64,000 bases of DNA from Roseomonas mucosa. GTDB lineage: Bacteria > Pseudomonadota > Alphaproteobacteria > Acetobacterales > Acetobacteraceae. Under the pieces are notes generated by a model. That model ran no database searches. It worked only from the letters and a program-made list of their open reading frames with translations, and had not been told where the DNA came from. Where the stretch lies: NCBI GenBank assembly GCA_945878375.1, contig CAMDWG010000010.1, positions 22,646-86,645 of the forward strand, given 5' to 3'. Numbering within the stretch: the first letter of the stretch is position 1; every line of letters begins with the position of its first letter. Shown piece by piece: positions 33,514 through 47,913 of the stretch. Position numbers and translations under genes: made by a program.

Positions 33514-34410
33514 CTACCGCCCCAGCGCCTTCACCATGGTCGAACCGAGAGAGGACGGGCTGTCGGCCACGCGGATCCCCGCCTCGGCCATCGCCGCCAT
33601 CTTCGCCTCCGCCGTGTCCTTGCCGCCCGAGATCACCGCGCCGGCATGGCCCATGCGGCGGCCCGGAGGCGCCGTGGCGCCGGCGATGAAGCCGACCACC
33701 GGCTTGTTCGGCTTGCCAGGGCCGAAATTCTCGCGGCGCAGGAACTCGGCGCCCACCACCTCGGCCTCGCCGCCGATCTCGCCGATCATGATGATCGACT
33801 GCGTCTCGTCGTCCTTCAGGAACATCTCGAGCACATCGATGAAGTCGAGGCCCTTCACCGGGTCGCCGCCGATGCCGACGCAGCTGGACTGGCCGAGGCC
33901 GGCGGCGGTGGTCTGGGCCACCGCCTCATAGGTCAGGGTGCCGGAACGGCTGACGATGCCGACCGAGCCGCGACGGTGGATGTGGCCCGGCATGATACCG
34001 ATCTTGCAGGCATCCGGCGTGATCACGCCCGGGCAGTTCGGCCCAACCAGCAGCGACTTCGAGCCCTGCAGCGCGCGCTTCACCTTCACCATGTCCAGCA
34101 CCGGGATGCCTTCGGTGATGCAGATGATCAGCGGCACCTCGGCGTCGATCGCTTCCAGGATCGCATCCGCCGCGAAGGGCGCGGGGACGTAGATGACGGA
34201 GGCGTTCGCCTGGGTGGCGTGGACGCATTCGGCCACCGTGTTGAACACCGGCAGGTTCAGTTCCGGGTGCATCGTGCCGCCCTTGCCGGGCGTCGTGCCG
34301 CCGACATAGGTGCTGCCGTAGGCGATGCCCTGGGAGGCGTGGAAGGTGCCCTGTGCCCCGGTGAAGCCCTGGGTCATCACGCGGGTGTGCTTGCCGACGA
34401 GAACGGCCAT
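33514..34410 (-). CDS. sucD: Succinyl-CoA synthetase alpha subunit
   Basis: [26 protein letters not shown] motifs. Confidence 0.97.
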   Translation of the reverse strand: MAVLVGKHTRVMTQGFTGAQGTFHASQGIAYGSTYVGGTTPGKGGTMHPELNLPVFNTVAECVHATQANASVIYVPAPFAADAILEAIDAEVPLIICITEGIPVLDMVKVKRALQGSKSLLVGPNCPGVITPDACKIGIMPGHIHRRGSVGIVSRSGTLTYEAVAQTTAAGLGQSSCVGIGGDPVKGLDFIDVLEMFLKDDETQSIIMIGEIGGEAEVVGAEFLRRENFGPGKPNKPVVGFIAGATAPPGRRMGHAGAVISGGKDTAEAKMAAMAEAGIRVADSPSSLGSTMVKALGR

Positions 34411-34413
34411 GGC

Positions 34414-35637
34414 TCAGGCCCCCTTCTGCGTCGCGCCGGAGGCGCGCGTGGCGTTCACCGCGGCGACGACCTTCTGGGCCGCATCCGCGAGGTTGTCGGC
34501 GGCGATGATCGCAAGCCCCGATTCGGCCAGGATCTTCTTGCCGAGATCCACATTCGTCCCTTCGAGCCGCACGACCAGCGGCACCTTGAGGGACAGGTTC
34601 TTCGACGCCTCGACGATGCCGGTCGCGATCATGTCGCACTTGGCGATGCCGCCGAAGATGTTGACCAGGATCGCCTTCACGTTCGAATCGGAGGTGATGA
34701 TGCGGAACGCCTCCGTCACCCGCGCCGCATTGGCCGTGCCGCCGACATCGAGGAAGTTCGCCGGCGAGGAGCCGTAGAGCTTGATGATGTCCATCGTGGC
34801 CATGGCCAGGCCCGCGCCGTTCACCATGCAGCCGATCTCGCCATCCAGCGCGACGTAGTTCAGGTCGTGCTTGCCCGCCTCCAGCTCCTTCGGGTCCATC
34901 TCGCTGTCGTCGCGAAGGGCCTCGAGGTCCTTGTGGCGGAACATCGCGCTGTCGTCGAAGCTGACCTTGGCGTCGAGCGCCACGATCTCGCCCTTGCCGG
35001 TGACGACCAGCGGGTTGATCTCGACGATCGCGCAATCGAGCTCGATGAAGGCGCCGTAGAGCGCGGTCACGAACTTCGTGAAGCTCGACACCTGCTTGCC
35101 CTCGAGGCCGAGGCCGAAGGCGAGCTTGCGGGCGTGGAAGCCGGAGATGCCGGAGGCCGGGTCCACCGCGACCTTCAGGATGCGCTCAGGGTGGTTGGCC
35201 GCTACCTCCTCGATCTCCATCCCGCCTTCGGTCGAAGCCATGATGACGACGCGGGAGGTGTCGCGATCCACCAGCAGGCCGAGATACAGCTCGCGCTTGA
35301 TGTCGCAGCCATCTTCCACATAGACGCGGGAGACGAGCTTGCCCTGCGGGCCGGTCTGCTTCGTGACCAGCACCTTGCCGATCATCGCATCGGCTGCCGC
35401 CTGCACATCCTCGACCGACTTGACGACGCGGACGCCGCCCTTGCCGTTCGGATCATTGGCGAATCGGCCCGCGCCGCGGCCGCCGGCATGGATCTGCGAC
35501 TTCACGACATAGACGGGGCCGGGCAGCTTGCGTGCCGCTTCGGCGGCCTCGGCGGCGGTCCAGGCGACATGACCGTCGAGCACCGCGACGCCATAGCGGC
35601 GCAGCAGCTCCTTGGCCTGGTATTCGTGGATGTTCAT
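34414..35637 (-). CDS. sucC: Succinyl-CoA synthetase beta subunit
   Basis: [32 protein letters not shown] motifs. Confidence 0.97.
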   Translation of the reverse strand: MNIHEYQAKELLRRYGVAVLDGHVAWTAAEAAEAARKLPGPVYVVKSQIHAGGRGAGRFANDPNGKGGVRVVKSVEDVQAAADAMIGKVLVTKQTGPQGKLVSRVYVEDGCDIKRELYLGLLVDRDTSRVVIMASTEGGMEIEEVAANHPERILKVAVDPASGISGFHARKLAFGLGLEGKQVSSFTKFVTALYGAFIELDCAIVEINPLVVTGKGEIVALDAKVSFDDSAMFRHKDLEALRDDSEMDPKELEAGKHDLNYVALDGEIGCMVNGAGLAMATMDIIKLYGSSPANFLDVGGTANAARVTEAFRIITSDSNVKAILVNIFGGIAKCDMIATGIVEASKNLSLKVPLVVRLEGTNVDLGKKILAESGLAIIAADNLADAAQKVVAAVNATRASGATQKGA

Positions 35638-35712
35638 CCGGGTCTCCGGTCAGGGAAGGGGGGCGGCGGAGAGGCCGCAGCCCCCCGTTCCGCCCGGAGG
35701 GGGTTCAACGGC

Positions 35713-36675
<963 letters not shown>

Positions 36676-36809
36676 TCAACCTGGCCCGGGCGGCTTCAGG
36701 CCGCTTTATGCCGGGCATGCCGTATTTCAAGGGCGCTCAACGCCCCGGGGCTTCCTACTCCCGCGGCGCAGCATGGGCAAGGCGGGACGACGTCCGCGCG
36801 GGCCGAACG

Positions 36810-36832
36810 AAAAAGGGCGCCCGAAGGCGCCC
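36810..36832 (-). terminator. Terminator after the secreted hypothetical gene
   Basis: Stem GGGCGCC/GGCGCCC with minus-strand TTTTT. Confidence 0.7.
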
Positions 36833-36859
36833 ATTCCCCTGGACTGGCCGCCATCCCCC

Positions 36860-37366
36860 TCAGAACGGCATGCAGCGCACGACGTCGTCATGACCGCGGG
36901 CGAGGGTCGCGAAGGTACCCTCGGGGCATTCGCGCTGCGAAAAACTCGCCACCGGCAGGCCGGACTGCCAGCCCGCGACGCTGCTGCGCGCCGGGGCGCA
37001 GCTCCGACGGCCATTGCGCTGCGTGCACTTGGCGACCCCATTGCGCGCCACCGCCGCCGGCCGGGTGCGGGTGGCCGGGGCCTCACGCGACACGGTGGCG
37101 GCGGAGGCGCCGCGCACCAGGACGCCGCCGGTCGAGGTCCGGACATCACCAGGGCGCAGATTCGATGTGGCCTGCCGCTGCGCGGGGCGGGACCGCGCCG
37201 GCTCGGCGCGCGCCTGCAGCGGCCGGGGAGCAGGGGTCCGCGCATGGGGCGGTGCGGATTGCGCCGACCTGCTGGCCGTCGTCCCGCCGCGCTGCTCCTT
37301 GGGCGCGGCCTCGGCCGCTGGCGCCACGCAGGCGAAGACGATGAGGGCGAGCAGGACTCTGCGCAT
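36860..37366 (-). CDS. Secreted hypothetical protein with a Cys-containing C-terminus
   Basis: Signal peptide MRRVLLALIVFACVAPAAEA; four Cys; own terminator. Confidence 0.65.
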   Translation of the reverse strand: MRRVLLALIVFACVAPAAEAAPKEQRGGTTASRSAQSAPPHARTPAPRPLQARAEPARSRPAQRQATSNLRPGDVRTSTGGVLVRGASAATVSREAPATRTRPAAVARNGVAKCTQRNGRRSCAPARSSVAGWQSGLPVASFSQRECPEGTFATLARGHDDVVRCMPF

Positions 37367-37549
37367 GCTTTCGGTCATCCCCCTCTGGTGCCGGCCCCGG
37401 CAGGACGCCGAAGCAAGGTCCCCCCGGACCTGTGACACGCTTCCAGGCGCTCAAATGACCGAGAGCACCGTGGCCTGTCAACGCATGTTTCACGTTGTTT
37501 CAGGGCCCGAGGCCCGGCGAGGGGCGCGCCAAGCTCCCGGCTCGCCGCT

Positions 37550-38722
37550 TCAGGGCAGGTGGTCCCGCGCGCGCCAATCCCGGCTTTGCATCTCATGCAG
37601 GCGGGATGCAGTGCGGGCGAACATCGCCGCGTTCTCCCCGCGTTCGTAGATGTTGTCCGGGCTGGCGGCGGCGCTGGCGACCAGCTTCACCCGATGCTCG
37701 TACAGCGCATCCACCAGCGTGATGAAGCGCTTCGCGCGGTCGAAATTCTCCGTGCCGAGCCGGGGGATGCCATCCAGCAGCAACGTGTGGAAATGCGTCG
37801 CCACCGCCAGGTAGTCCGCCGGGCCCAGCGGCTTGCCGCACAGATCCTCGAAGTCGCAACGGGCGACGCCGTCGGCGGCCTGCGGCACCTCGATCGCGCG
37901 GCCGAGCAGGGTGAGGCGCGTGGGGTGGCCATGGTCCTGGCCCGTCAACTCGCGGAAGGCCTGGTCCATAGCCGCGTCGGCACGGCCGCCGAGCGGCATG
38001 TGCCAGGTCGGCATCTCCACGATGCGGGCGCGGCGGTAGTCGCGCGCGCTGTCCAGCACCAGCACGTTCAGCCGGCGCTTGATCAGCCCGATGAAGGGCA
38101 GGAAGGCGTCGCGGCCGGGGCGACCCTTGAACAGGTCGTCGGGCGTGGTGTTGCTGGTGGCCACCACCACCGTCCCGCGCGCGAACAGCGCCTGGAACAG
38201 CCGGCCGAGGATCATCGCGTCCGCGATGTCATGCACCTGGAATTCGTCGAAGCAGAGCAGCGCGGCCTCCGCGGCGATGGAATCGGCCAGCGGGGGGATG
38301 GGATCGGCGGTGTCGCCATGCTGGCGCTTCCAGGCATGGATGCGCGCATGGACGCGGTGCTGCATGAATTCGTGGAAGTGGATGCGTTGCTTGCGCGGGA
38401 CCTCGGCGGTGGCGAAGAACAGGTCCATCAGCATCGATTTGCCCCGGCCGACCTCGCCGACCAGGTAGAGGCCCATCGGCGCGCCAGCCGGCGCTTCCTC
38501 GGGCGCCACCGGCTTGCGGCGGAGGAAGCGGGCGAAGAAGCCGCCCTGCTCGGGCTGTTCCGGATGCGGGTCGTAGCCGCGGGTGCGGCGCCACAGATCC
38601 TGCAGCACCTCCGCCGCCCGACCCTGCGCGGGGTCGGCGTGCAGCGTGCCGGCGACGAGCATGGCGCGGTAGGCGGGCAGCGGGCCTTCATTGGGCGCCG
38701 CCTCTTTGGGCGGGGAATCCAT
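37550..38722 (-). CDS. zapE: Cell division ATPase ZapE (AFG1 family)
   Basis: GEVGRGKSMLMD, LCFDEF, TSN, RFITLVD, RTASRL motifs; upstream of mdh as usual. Confidence 0.92.
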   Translation of the reverse strand: MDSPPKEAAPNEGPLPAYRAMLVAGTLHADPAQGRAAEVLQDLWRRTRGYDPHPEQPEQGGFFARFLRRKPVAPEEAPAGAPMGLYLVGEVGRGKSMLMDLFFATAEVPRKQRIHFHEFMQHRVHARIHAWKRQHGDTADPIPPLADSIAAEAALLCFDEFQVHDIADAMILGRLFQALFARGTVVVATSNTTPDDLFKGRPGRDAFLPFIGLIKRRLNVLVLDSARDYRRARIVEMPTWHMPLGGRADAAMDQAFRELTGQDHGHPTRLTLLGRAIEVPQAADGVARCDFEDLCGKPLGPADYLAVATHFHTLLLDGIPRLGTENFDRAKRFITLVDALYEHRVKLVASAAASPDNIYERGENAAMFARTASRLHEMQSRDWRARDHLP

Positions 38723-38825
38723 GGCCGTAGCGATAGGCCGGGGCGCCGTTCCGGGCAACCGCAGGCGGCGCGACGCACACCCGCCGGTTGACGAGGTGGG
38801 GGCCCCACCCCAGCCTCGGCGCAGC

Positions 38826-40520
38826 ATGACCATCACCCCGCCGACACCCGCTCGTGCCGCGCTGCTCTATGCGCCCGACGGCTACGACACCTCACGCCCC
38901 CGGCTGATGGGCCGGCATGCGGCGGGGGAGGGATTCCTCGGCGGCATGGTCCGCCATGCGGGCTTCGACCGGCTGGTGGCGCTGACCCGCACGGAGGCGG
39001 ATGCGGAGGCCTTCCGCCGCCATGTCGCCGCCCTGGCCACCCCCCTCGGCATCCAGCTCCCGACCGAAGCGATTCCGGACGCGCAGTTCCACCGCCTGGC
39101 CGAGATCGGCTGCCTGCTCCTGCCCGGGCCGGGGCTTGGCGACCATGCCTGGCGGCGGCGGCGCGTGGGGGATGCGCGGGGCTTCTCCCTGATCGGGCTG
39201 ACCCACACCATCGCCTCCGCCGGCGCGATGGACAGTATCCTCGACAGCCTGATCGCGCCGGTGCAGCCCTGGGATGCGATCATCTGCACCTCCGCCGCCG
39301 CGCGCGGCGCGGTGCGGCGCCAGATGGAGATGCAGGCCAGCTACCTGGCCCGCCGGCTCGGTGCCACCCGCATCGAGGGGCCGGCGTTACCGGTGATCCC
39401 GCTCGGCGTGGATTGTACCGCACTGGCCCCGGCCCCCCGCGCCCGGGCGGAGTGGCGCGCGAAGCTCGGTATCGGCGAGGCGGATATCGCGGTGCTGCAC
39501 CATGGCCGGCTCTCATTCCACGCCAAGGCCCATCCGCTGCCGATGTTCCTCGGCCTGGCCCGGGCGGCGGAGTACGCGCCGGCAGGGGCGAAGGTCGTGC
39601 TGATCCTCTCTGGCTGGTTCGCGGACGAGACCCAGCGCCGCGCCTTCACTGAGCAGGCCCGCGCCTTGGCGCCGAGGCTCGCGATACGGCTGGTGGAGCG
39701 GCCCGAGACCGGGACCACGCTGCGCAACGCCGCCGACATCTTCACCCTGCTGTCCGACAACATCCAGGAGACCTTCGGCATCGCCCCGGTCGAGGCGATG
39801 GCCGCCGGCCTGCCCGTGGTCGGCACCGATTGGGACGGGCTGCGCGATACCATCGTCCATGGCGAGACCGGCTTCCGCGTGCCGACCACCCTCGCCGGCC
39901 CGATGGCCGACCTGGCGGAGCGGCACGCCAGCGGCGCCGACACCTATGACAGCTACATCGCCGGCGTCGCGCAATGCACGGCGGTGGACATCCCCGCCGC
40001 CGCCGAGGCCTTCGGCGCGCTGGTCGCCGATCCTGGGCTCCGGGCCCGCATGGGGGAAGCCGGAAGACGCCGGGCGGTCGCGCTGTTCGACTGGTCCGTG
40101 GTGATCGGCCAATGGCGCGAATTGTGGAAGGAGATGGCCCGTATCCGCCGCGCCGCGCGGGCCGAACGCGCCCAGCCGCTGCGCGGCGAGGACCGCGTGC
40201 CCCACCGGCCCGACCCCAGCCTGGTCTTCGCCGACTACCCGACCCGCCGCTTGGCGCCGGAGACGCGCCTCGCCCTGGTGCCCGGCGAGGACGCGGCCGC
40301 CGCGCTCGGCCGGCTGCGCGCGCTGGTCGCGATGCCCGGCATCGCGCCGCGCCGCGAGCTGCTGCCCGGCCTCGACGCCTTCGAGCTGGTGCTGGCGCGG
40401 CTGCAGGATGGGCCGGCCCGGGCCGGCGACCTCGTGGCGGAGATGCAGCCGTCCCGGGCATGGCGGATGCAGCGGGCGCTGGGGTGGATGCTGAAGACGG
40501 ACCTGATCCGGCTGGCGTAG
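38826..40520 (+). CDS. Glycosyltransferase family 4
   Basis: ETFGIAPVEAMAAGLPVVGTDWDG signature. Confidence 0.88.
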   Translation: MTITPPTPARAALLYAPDGYDTSRPRLMGRHAAGEGFLGGMVRHAGFDRLVALTRTEADAEAFRRHVAALATPLGIQLPTEAIPDAQFHRLAEIGCLLLPGPGLGDHAWRRRRVGDARGFSLIGLTHTIASAGAMDSILDSLIAPVQPWDAIICTSAAARGAVRRQMEMQASYLARRLGATRIEGPALPVIPLGVDCTALAPAPRARAEWRAKLGIGEADIAVLHHGRLSFHAKAHPLPMFLGLARAAEYAPAGAKVVLILSGWFADETQRRAFTEQARALAPRLAIRLVERPETGTTLRNAADIFTLLSDNIQETFGIAPVEAMAAGLPVVGTDWDGLRDTIVHGETGFRVPTTLAGPMADLAERHASGADTYDSYIAGVAQCTAVDIPAAAEAFGALVADPGLRARMGEAGRRRAVALFDWSVVIGQWRELWKEMARIRRAARAERAQPLRGEDRVPHRPDPSLVFADYPTRRLAPETRLALVPGEDAAAALGRLRALVAMPGIAPRRELLPGLDAFELVLARLQDGPARAGDLVAEMQPSRAWRMQRALGWMLKTDLIRLA

Positions 40521-40526
40521 CTGACT

Positions 40527-41477
40527 TCAGCTCCGCCGCCGAAAACGCTCCACCGCCGCGACCAGCGCCAGCCGCACGCCGGGCTCCAGCGCCGAATGGC
40601 CGGCACCGGGGATCATCGTCAGCCGTGCGCGCGGCCAGGCAGCGGCGAGGTCGAAGGCCGTGTCGCAAGGGCAGACCATGTCGTAGCGACCCTGCACGAT
40701 CTCCGCTTGCACATGGGCGATCCGGTCCATGCCGCCCAGCAGCCCCTCGGGCGGCAGGAACAGGTCATGCGCGAAGTAATGCGCCTCGATCCGCGCGAGG
40801 CCGAGCGCGCTGCGGTCCTGGGCGAAGCTCGCCACCGTCTCCGGGCTCGGCATCAGGGTGGAGCAGGACCCTTCATAGAGGCTCCAGGCCCGCGCGGCGG
40901 GGCCATGCACCAGCGGGTCGGGGTCGCAGAGCCGCTTCAGATAGGCGGTGAGCAGGTCGTGGCGCTCGGCGGCGGGGATGTGCTCGGCGAAGGCGGACCA
41001 GGCATCGGGGAAGACGCGCCGGAGGCCGTAGAGGAACCACTCCACCTCGCTCGGCCGGCCAAGGAAGACGCCGCGCAGCACGCAGCCCGCGACGCGGGCG
41101 GGATGCGCCTGGGCATAGGCGAGCGCGAGGGTGGAGCCCCAGGAGCCACCGAACAGCAACCAGCTATCGATGCCGAGGAAGCGGCGCAGCGCCTCGATGT
41201 CGGACACCAGATGGGGGGTGCTGTTGTCGCGCAATTCGCCCAGCGGCCGGGACCGGCCGGCGCCGCGCTGGTCGAAGATGATGACCCGCCAATGACCGGG
41301 GTCGAAGAAGCGGCGATGGATCGCCCCCGCCCCGGCCCCCGGCCCGCCATGGAGGAACAGCACCGGCTGCCCGCGCGGGTTGCCCACCTGCTCCCAATAC
41401 ATGACATGCCCCCCCGACAGCGGCAGGAGGCCGGTTTCGTAGGGAGCGATATCGGGAAACAGGTCACCGCGCGGCAT
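40527..41477 (-). CDS. pip: Proline iminopeptidase
   Basis: HGGPG, FDQRG, FGGSWGSTL, QGRYD, GAGHS motifs. Confidence 0.93.
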   Translation of the reverse strand: MPRGDLFPDIAPYETGLLPLSGGHVMYWEQVGNPRGQPVLFLHGGPGAGAGAIHRRFFDPGHWRVIIFDQRGAGRSRPLGELRDNSTPHLVSDIEALRRFLGIDSWLLFGGSWGSTLALAYAQAHPARVAGCVLRGVFLGRPSEVEWFLYGLRRVFPDAWSAFAEHIPAAERHDLLTAYLKRLCDPDPLVHGPAARAWSLYEGSCSTLMPSPETVASFAQDRSALGLARIEAHYFAHDLFLPPEGLLGGMDRIAHVQAEIVQGRYDMVCPCDTAFDLAAAWPRARLTMIPGAGHSALEPGVRLALVAAVERFRRRS

Positions 41478-41567
41478 GGGGGGGGGTTTAACGACGCCTT
41501 GGCCCTTCCGGCAACATTCCCGCGCTTGCCCCTTCGCTGTTGGCGCCGGGGTGACTAGGTTGGCGGC

Positions 41568-42323
41568 ATGGCCGAGACCCCTTCGGCCGGGTCCCGGTCC
41601 GCACCCGCAGGCACGATCCGCTGCGGCGTCTGCGGCACCGAGAGCCGGCAGCCCCCCTTCCGCCCGGGCCTGCCCGAGCAGGCGCCCGACCTCGACCTCC
41701 GGCCGGGGGAGCCGGTGCGCTCGACCATGCCGCGCTGGCTGCAGCAATGCCCAGGCTGCGGCTATTGCGCCCCAGACATCACCCGCGCCCATCCAGCAGC
41801 GGCCGAGGCGGTGCGCGCCGCCCCGTTCCGCGCCCTGCTGGCCGACAACGGCATCCCGCCCTTGGCGCGGCGCTTCCTGGCCTATGCGCTGGTGCTGGAG
41901 GAAAGCGGGGCCATGCATGCCTCGGCCGAGGCGACGCTCCAGGCGGCCTGGGTGGCCGACGACCTCGACCGGCCGGACCTGGCGCGGACCTGGCGGCTGG
42001 ATGCGGTCGCGCTGTGGCGCGGCGGCCCGCCTCTGGACGCGGAGCAGACAGTGCGGGTGGTGGATGCGCTGCGCCGCGCCGAGGCCTGGGACGACGCCGC
42101 CGCCACCGCCGAATGGCTGCTGGGCCAATCGGTGCCGGAGGTGGTGGCGCAGGTGGTGCGGCTGGAACAGCGGCTGATCGAGGCCGGCGACACCGGCCGC
42201 CACACCATGGCCAGCGCCCTGCCCCCGCCGGCGCATCGCCCGCATGTATCGCACCAGCGCATCGCGGCGCGCGGCGAGGGGCTTTGGGCGAAGCTGAGGC
42301 GGCTGTTCGGCGGGAAGGGGTGA
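41568..42323 (+). CDS. Zinc-ribbon hypothetical protein (DUF2225-like)
   Basis: CGVCG and CPGCGYC followed by a TPR-like helical region. Confidence 0.6.
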   Translation: MAETPSAGSRSAPAGTIRCGVCGTESRQPPFRPGLPEQAPDLDLRPGEPVRSTMPRWLQQCPGCGYCAPDITRAHPAAAEAVRAAPFRALLADNGIPPLARRFLAYALVLEESGAMHASAEATLQAAWVADDLDRPDLARTWRLDAVALWRGGPPLDAEQTVRVVDALRRAEAWDDAAATAEWLLGQSVPEVVAQVVRLEQRLIEAGDTGRHTMASALPPPAHRPHVSHQRIAARGEGLWAKLRRLFGGKG

Positions 42324-42452
42324 CGTTGGCGCCGTGACGGATGAATCGCCGCGTCGCGACATGGAATCGTCCCACTGGACAGGCCTACAGCCTGAGGTTC
42401 CCGGCCGGTCGGCATGGGCGCCAGGTCTTCGATGGCCGGTAGCGCTGCGGGC

Positions 42453-42716
42453 TCAGCCCTCCGCGGGCTGGTCCTTCACATAGGGCTCGACCTTGCCCTG
42501 CAGCTTGATCGTCAGGGGATTGCCCTTCCGGTCCAGCGTCTTGCCGACCGCAACGCGGACCCAGCCTTCGCTGATGCAGTATTCCTCGACATTGGTCTTC
42601 TCCGCCCCGTTGAAGCGGATGCCGACGCCGCGGTTGAGCAATTCCGCATCGTGGTGCGGGCTCCGCGGATCGACGGAGAGGCGGTCGGGGAGGGTGATCG
42701 GGGCGTCGTCGGTCAT
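42453..42716 (-). CDS. DUF3297 family protein
   Basis: PDRLSVDPRSP, GIRFNG, VEEYCISEGWV motifs. Confidence 0.85.
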   Translation of the reverse strand: MTDDAPITLPDRLSVDPRSPHHDAELLNRGVGIRFNGAEKTNVEEYCISEGWVRVAVGKTLDRKGNPLTIKLQGKVEPYVKDQPAEG

Positions 42717-42774
42717 GGCGGGGGGTCCATACAGGCTGCGGGGCCGGCTGCAAACACCGCCCCCGCCGGTACCC

Positions 42775-45285
<2,511 letters not shown>

Positions 45286-45298
<13 letters not shown>

Positions 45299-46464
45299 GG
45301 CACGGGGAATTTCGGTAGCGGAACCAACCCGGATGGCGTCGCGCGAAAGCCCTCGGCGGACCCTTGCAGGGGCGCGAAGATATCGGGCTCGGTGCCGGTC
45401 AGGAAGACCTGGGCCGGAAGCGAGGCCAGGGCGGCATAGAGCGCCTCCCGGCGCCGTTGGTCCAGGTGGGCCGCGACCTCATCCAGCAGCAGCAGGGGCG
45501 CGAAGCCGCGCGCCGCGCCGATCAGCGCAGCATGGGCCAGGACCACGGAGACCAGCAGCGCCTTCTGCTCCCCGGTCGAACACAACTCGGCGGGCAGGTC
45601 CTTGGGCAGGTGGGTCATGCCAAGATCGGCCCGGTGCGCGCCGATCGCCGCCCCCCCGGCGGCGGCATCGCGCGCGCGGTTGGCGGCGAGCGCGTCGCGC
45701 AGCCGGTCCTCCACCGCCAGCGCCGGCGCCTCGTCCAGCCAGGCGGCGACGGGGTCGAGGAGCGCGAGGCTCGCGGCCGGGAAGGCCCCGGTGGCGGTGC
45801 CGGAGGCCAGGAGCGCGTTCAGCCGCTGGACCAGGGCGCGGCGCGCGGCAGCGGCGGCCACCGCGTGGCGCGCCATCGCGTCTTCCAGCGCCGCCAGCCA
45901 GCGGGCATCGCGCCGGCCTTCCGCCAGCAGGCGGTTGCGGCCGGACATGGCGGTCTCATGCGCCGCCACATCCCGGGCATGGGCGGGCTCCAGCGCCCAG
46001 ACCAGCCGGTCCAGGAAGCGCCGGCGGCCGGATGCGCCTTCCTGGAACAGCCGGTCCATCTGCGGCGTGAGCCAGACCGCCGCCGCGCGGTCCGCCAGCT
46101 CGGCGCCGGATTTCAGCGGCTCATCGTCCAGGCGCCATTTGCGGCGGGCATCGGCGCCGTCCTCCCCCACCGTCCCGGTGGCGATGGCGGAAGCGCCATG
46201 CGGCCCTTCGAAGCGGCCCCAGGCGGCCCAGGGGCGGCCTTCGCCGGCCACGCGCCGGCCCATCTCGGCTGCCTTCGCGCCCCGCAAGCCGCGGCCGGGA
46301 CCCAGCAGGCTTATGGATTCCAACAGGTTGGTCTTGCCCACCCCGTTCTCACCCGCGATCGCGACGATGCGGCCTTCGAAGCGCGCCTCGAAAGCCGGGT
46401 AGGACCGGAAATCGGTGAGCCGCAGGCGCGTGAGGCGCAGCGGCGGAAGAGGCGCTTGGGTCAG
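45286..46464 (-). CDS. recF: DNA replication and repair protein RecF, non-canonical start
   Basis: LTRLRLTDFRSY...GENGVGKTNLLE, STGEQK, LLLDEVAAHLD motifs; 5' end inferred at CTG 46464. Confidence 0.88.
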
Positions 46465-46619
46465 GACAGCCGCGATGCCAGGGTAACGCGAGATCTGAGC
46501 GAACGAAGCCGGAACGTCAATCCATCGCCGGGCGCGTCAGCCGCACGGCAGGAATCGGAAGGGGGGCGCCCGCCCCCCTTCATGCCGCCCGCTCGTCGCA
46601 CGGCAAGCGGCCGCTGGTC

Positions 46620-47747
46620 TCAGACCCGCATCGGCATCAGGACGTACAGCGCTTCCGGCTTGGCGCTGTCGGTCACGATGGTGGGGGCGGATCCGTCCGA
46701 GAAGCGGAACTCCACATGGTCCACGATCTGGTCGGTGATGTCGTTCAGGTAGCGGGCTTGGAAGCCGATCTCGATGGGGCTCGAATCATAGCTGACCACA
46801 TCGCCCTCCAGTTCCTCCTGCGCCTGGCCCAGCTCGGGGCTGGCGGCGCTGATCAGCAGGTGGTTGCGGTCCACGCTGAGCTTCACCGGGCGCGACCTTT
46901 CGCTGCTGATGCCGGCCACGCGGCCGACCGCCTCGGCGAAGTCCTTCTTCGACACGCGCAGCACCTTGTCGTTCCCGCGCGGGATCACCCGCTCATATTC
47001 CGGGAAGGTGCCGTCGATCAGCTTGGAGGTCAGCTGCACCGCCCCCAGCGTGAAGCGGATCTTGGTGTCGGATAGCGCGACGGCGATCTCGTCCTGCATC
47101 TCCTCCGCCAGCTTCCGCAGTTCACCCACCGTCTTGCGGGGGATGATCACGCCCGGCATGCCGGCGGCGCCATCGGGCAGCGGTTCTTCCACCCGCGCCA
47201 GCCGGTGGCCGTCTGTCGCGACCGCGCGCAGCACCTTCGCACCGCCGCTCTCCGTGGCGTGGAAGTAGATGCCGTTCAGGTAGTAGCGCGTCTCCTCCGT
47301 GCTGATCGCGAAGCGGGTGCGGTCGATCAGCTCCCGCAGTTGGCCGGCGGGCAGGGCGAAGCGATGGGGCAGCTTCCCCTCGGTCATCGAGGGGAAATCA
47401 TCCACCGGCAGCACGGCGAGCTTCGCGTCGAAGCGCCCGGCGCGCAGCGTCATCAGCGCATCGCCGCCCGGGTGGTCCAGCTCGAGCTTCGCCGTCTCCG
47501 GCAGCTTGCGGACGATCTCATACAGCGTCGCGGCTGGGGCGGTGGTGCGGCCCTGGCGCGTCACGGTGACGCCGGGCACTTCCTCGACCACCGCGATCTC
47601 CATGTCGGTCGCGGTCAGCTTCAGCCCGCTTTCGCGCGCCTCCAGCAGGACATTGGCGAGGATGGGGATGGTGTTGCGCCGTTCCACCACGCTCTGCAAA
47701 TGCGCGAGCGCCTTGAGCAGCACGGCCCTGTCCACGGAAAACTTCAT
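46620..47747 (-). CDS. dnaN: DNA polymerase III beta clamp
   Basis: VERRNTIPIL, ETRYYLNG, ATDGHRLA, LIDGTFPEY, VLMPMRV motifs. Confidence 0.97.
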   Translation of the reverse strand: MKFSVDRAVLLKALAHLQSVVERRNTIPILANVLLEARESGLKLTATDMEIAVVEEVPGVTVTRQGRTTAPAATLYEIVRKLPETAKLELDHPGGDALMTLRAGRFDAKLAVLPVDDFPSMTEGKLPHRFALPAGQLRELIDRTRFAISTEETRYYLNGIYFHATESGGAKVLRAVATDGHRLARVEEPLPDGAAGMPGVIIPRKTVGELRKLAEEMQDEIAVALSDTKIRFTLGAVQLTSKLIDGTFPEYERVIPRGNDKVLRVSKKDFAEAVGRVAGISSERSRPVKLSVDRNHLLISAASPELGQAQEELEGDVVSYDSSPIEIGFQARYLNDITDQIVDHVEFRFSDGSAPTIVTDSAKPEALYVLMPMRV

Positions 47748-47913
47748 GGCACCCGACGTCCCGACGACTGGCGGCGCCCGGGGCCACGGGGCTCAAAGCC
47801 CTGCCGCCTGCCGGGGCGCCCCCGATTGGCTCCCGACCCGCCCTTCGGCGGGTGGAGCACCTTACCAGCGCGGAGTCTTGAGTAGAAGGCGGCGTTTCGG
47901 GCCTTTTCGGTGC

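Noticed and set aside
46523-46583. Short ORF MKGAGAPLPIPAVRLTRPAMD resembling the RecF N-terminus
   Set aside because: Similarity is limited to about 5 residues and the ORF lies over a hairpin; not distinguishable from chance
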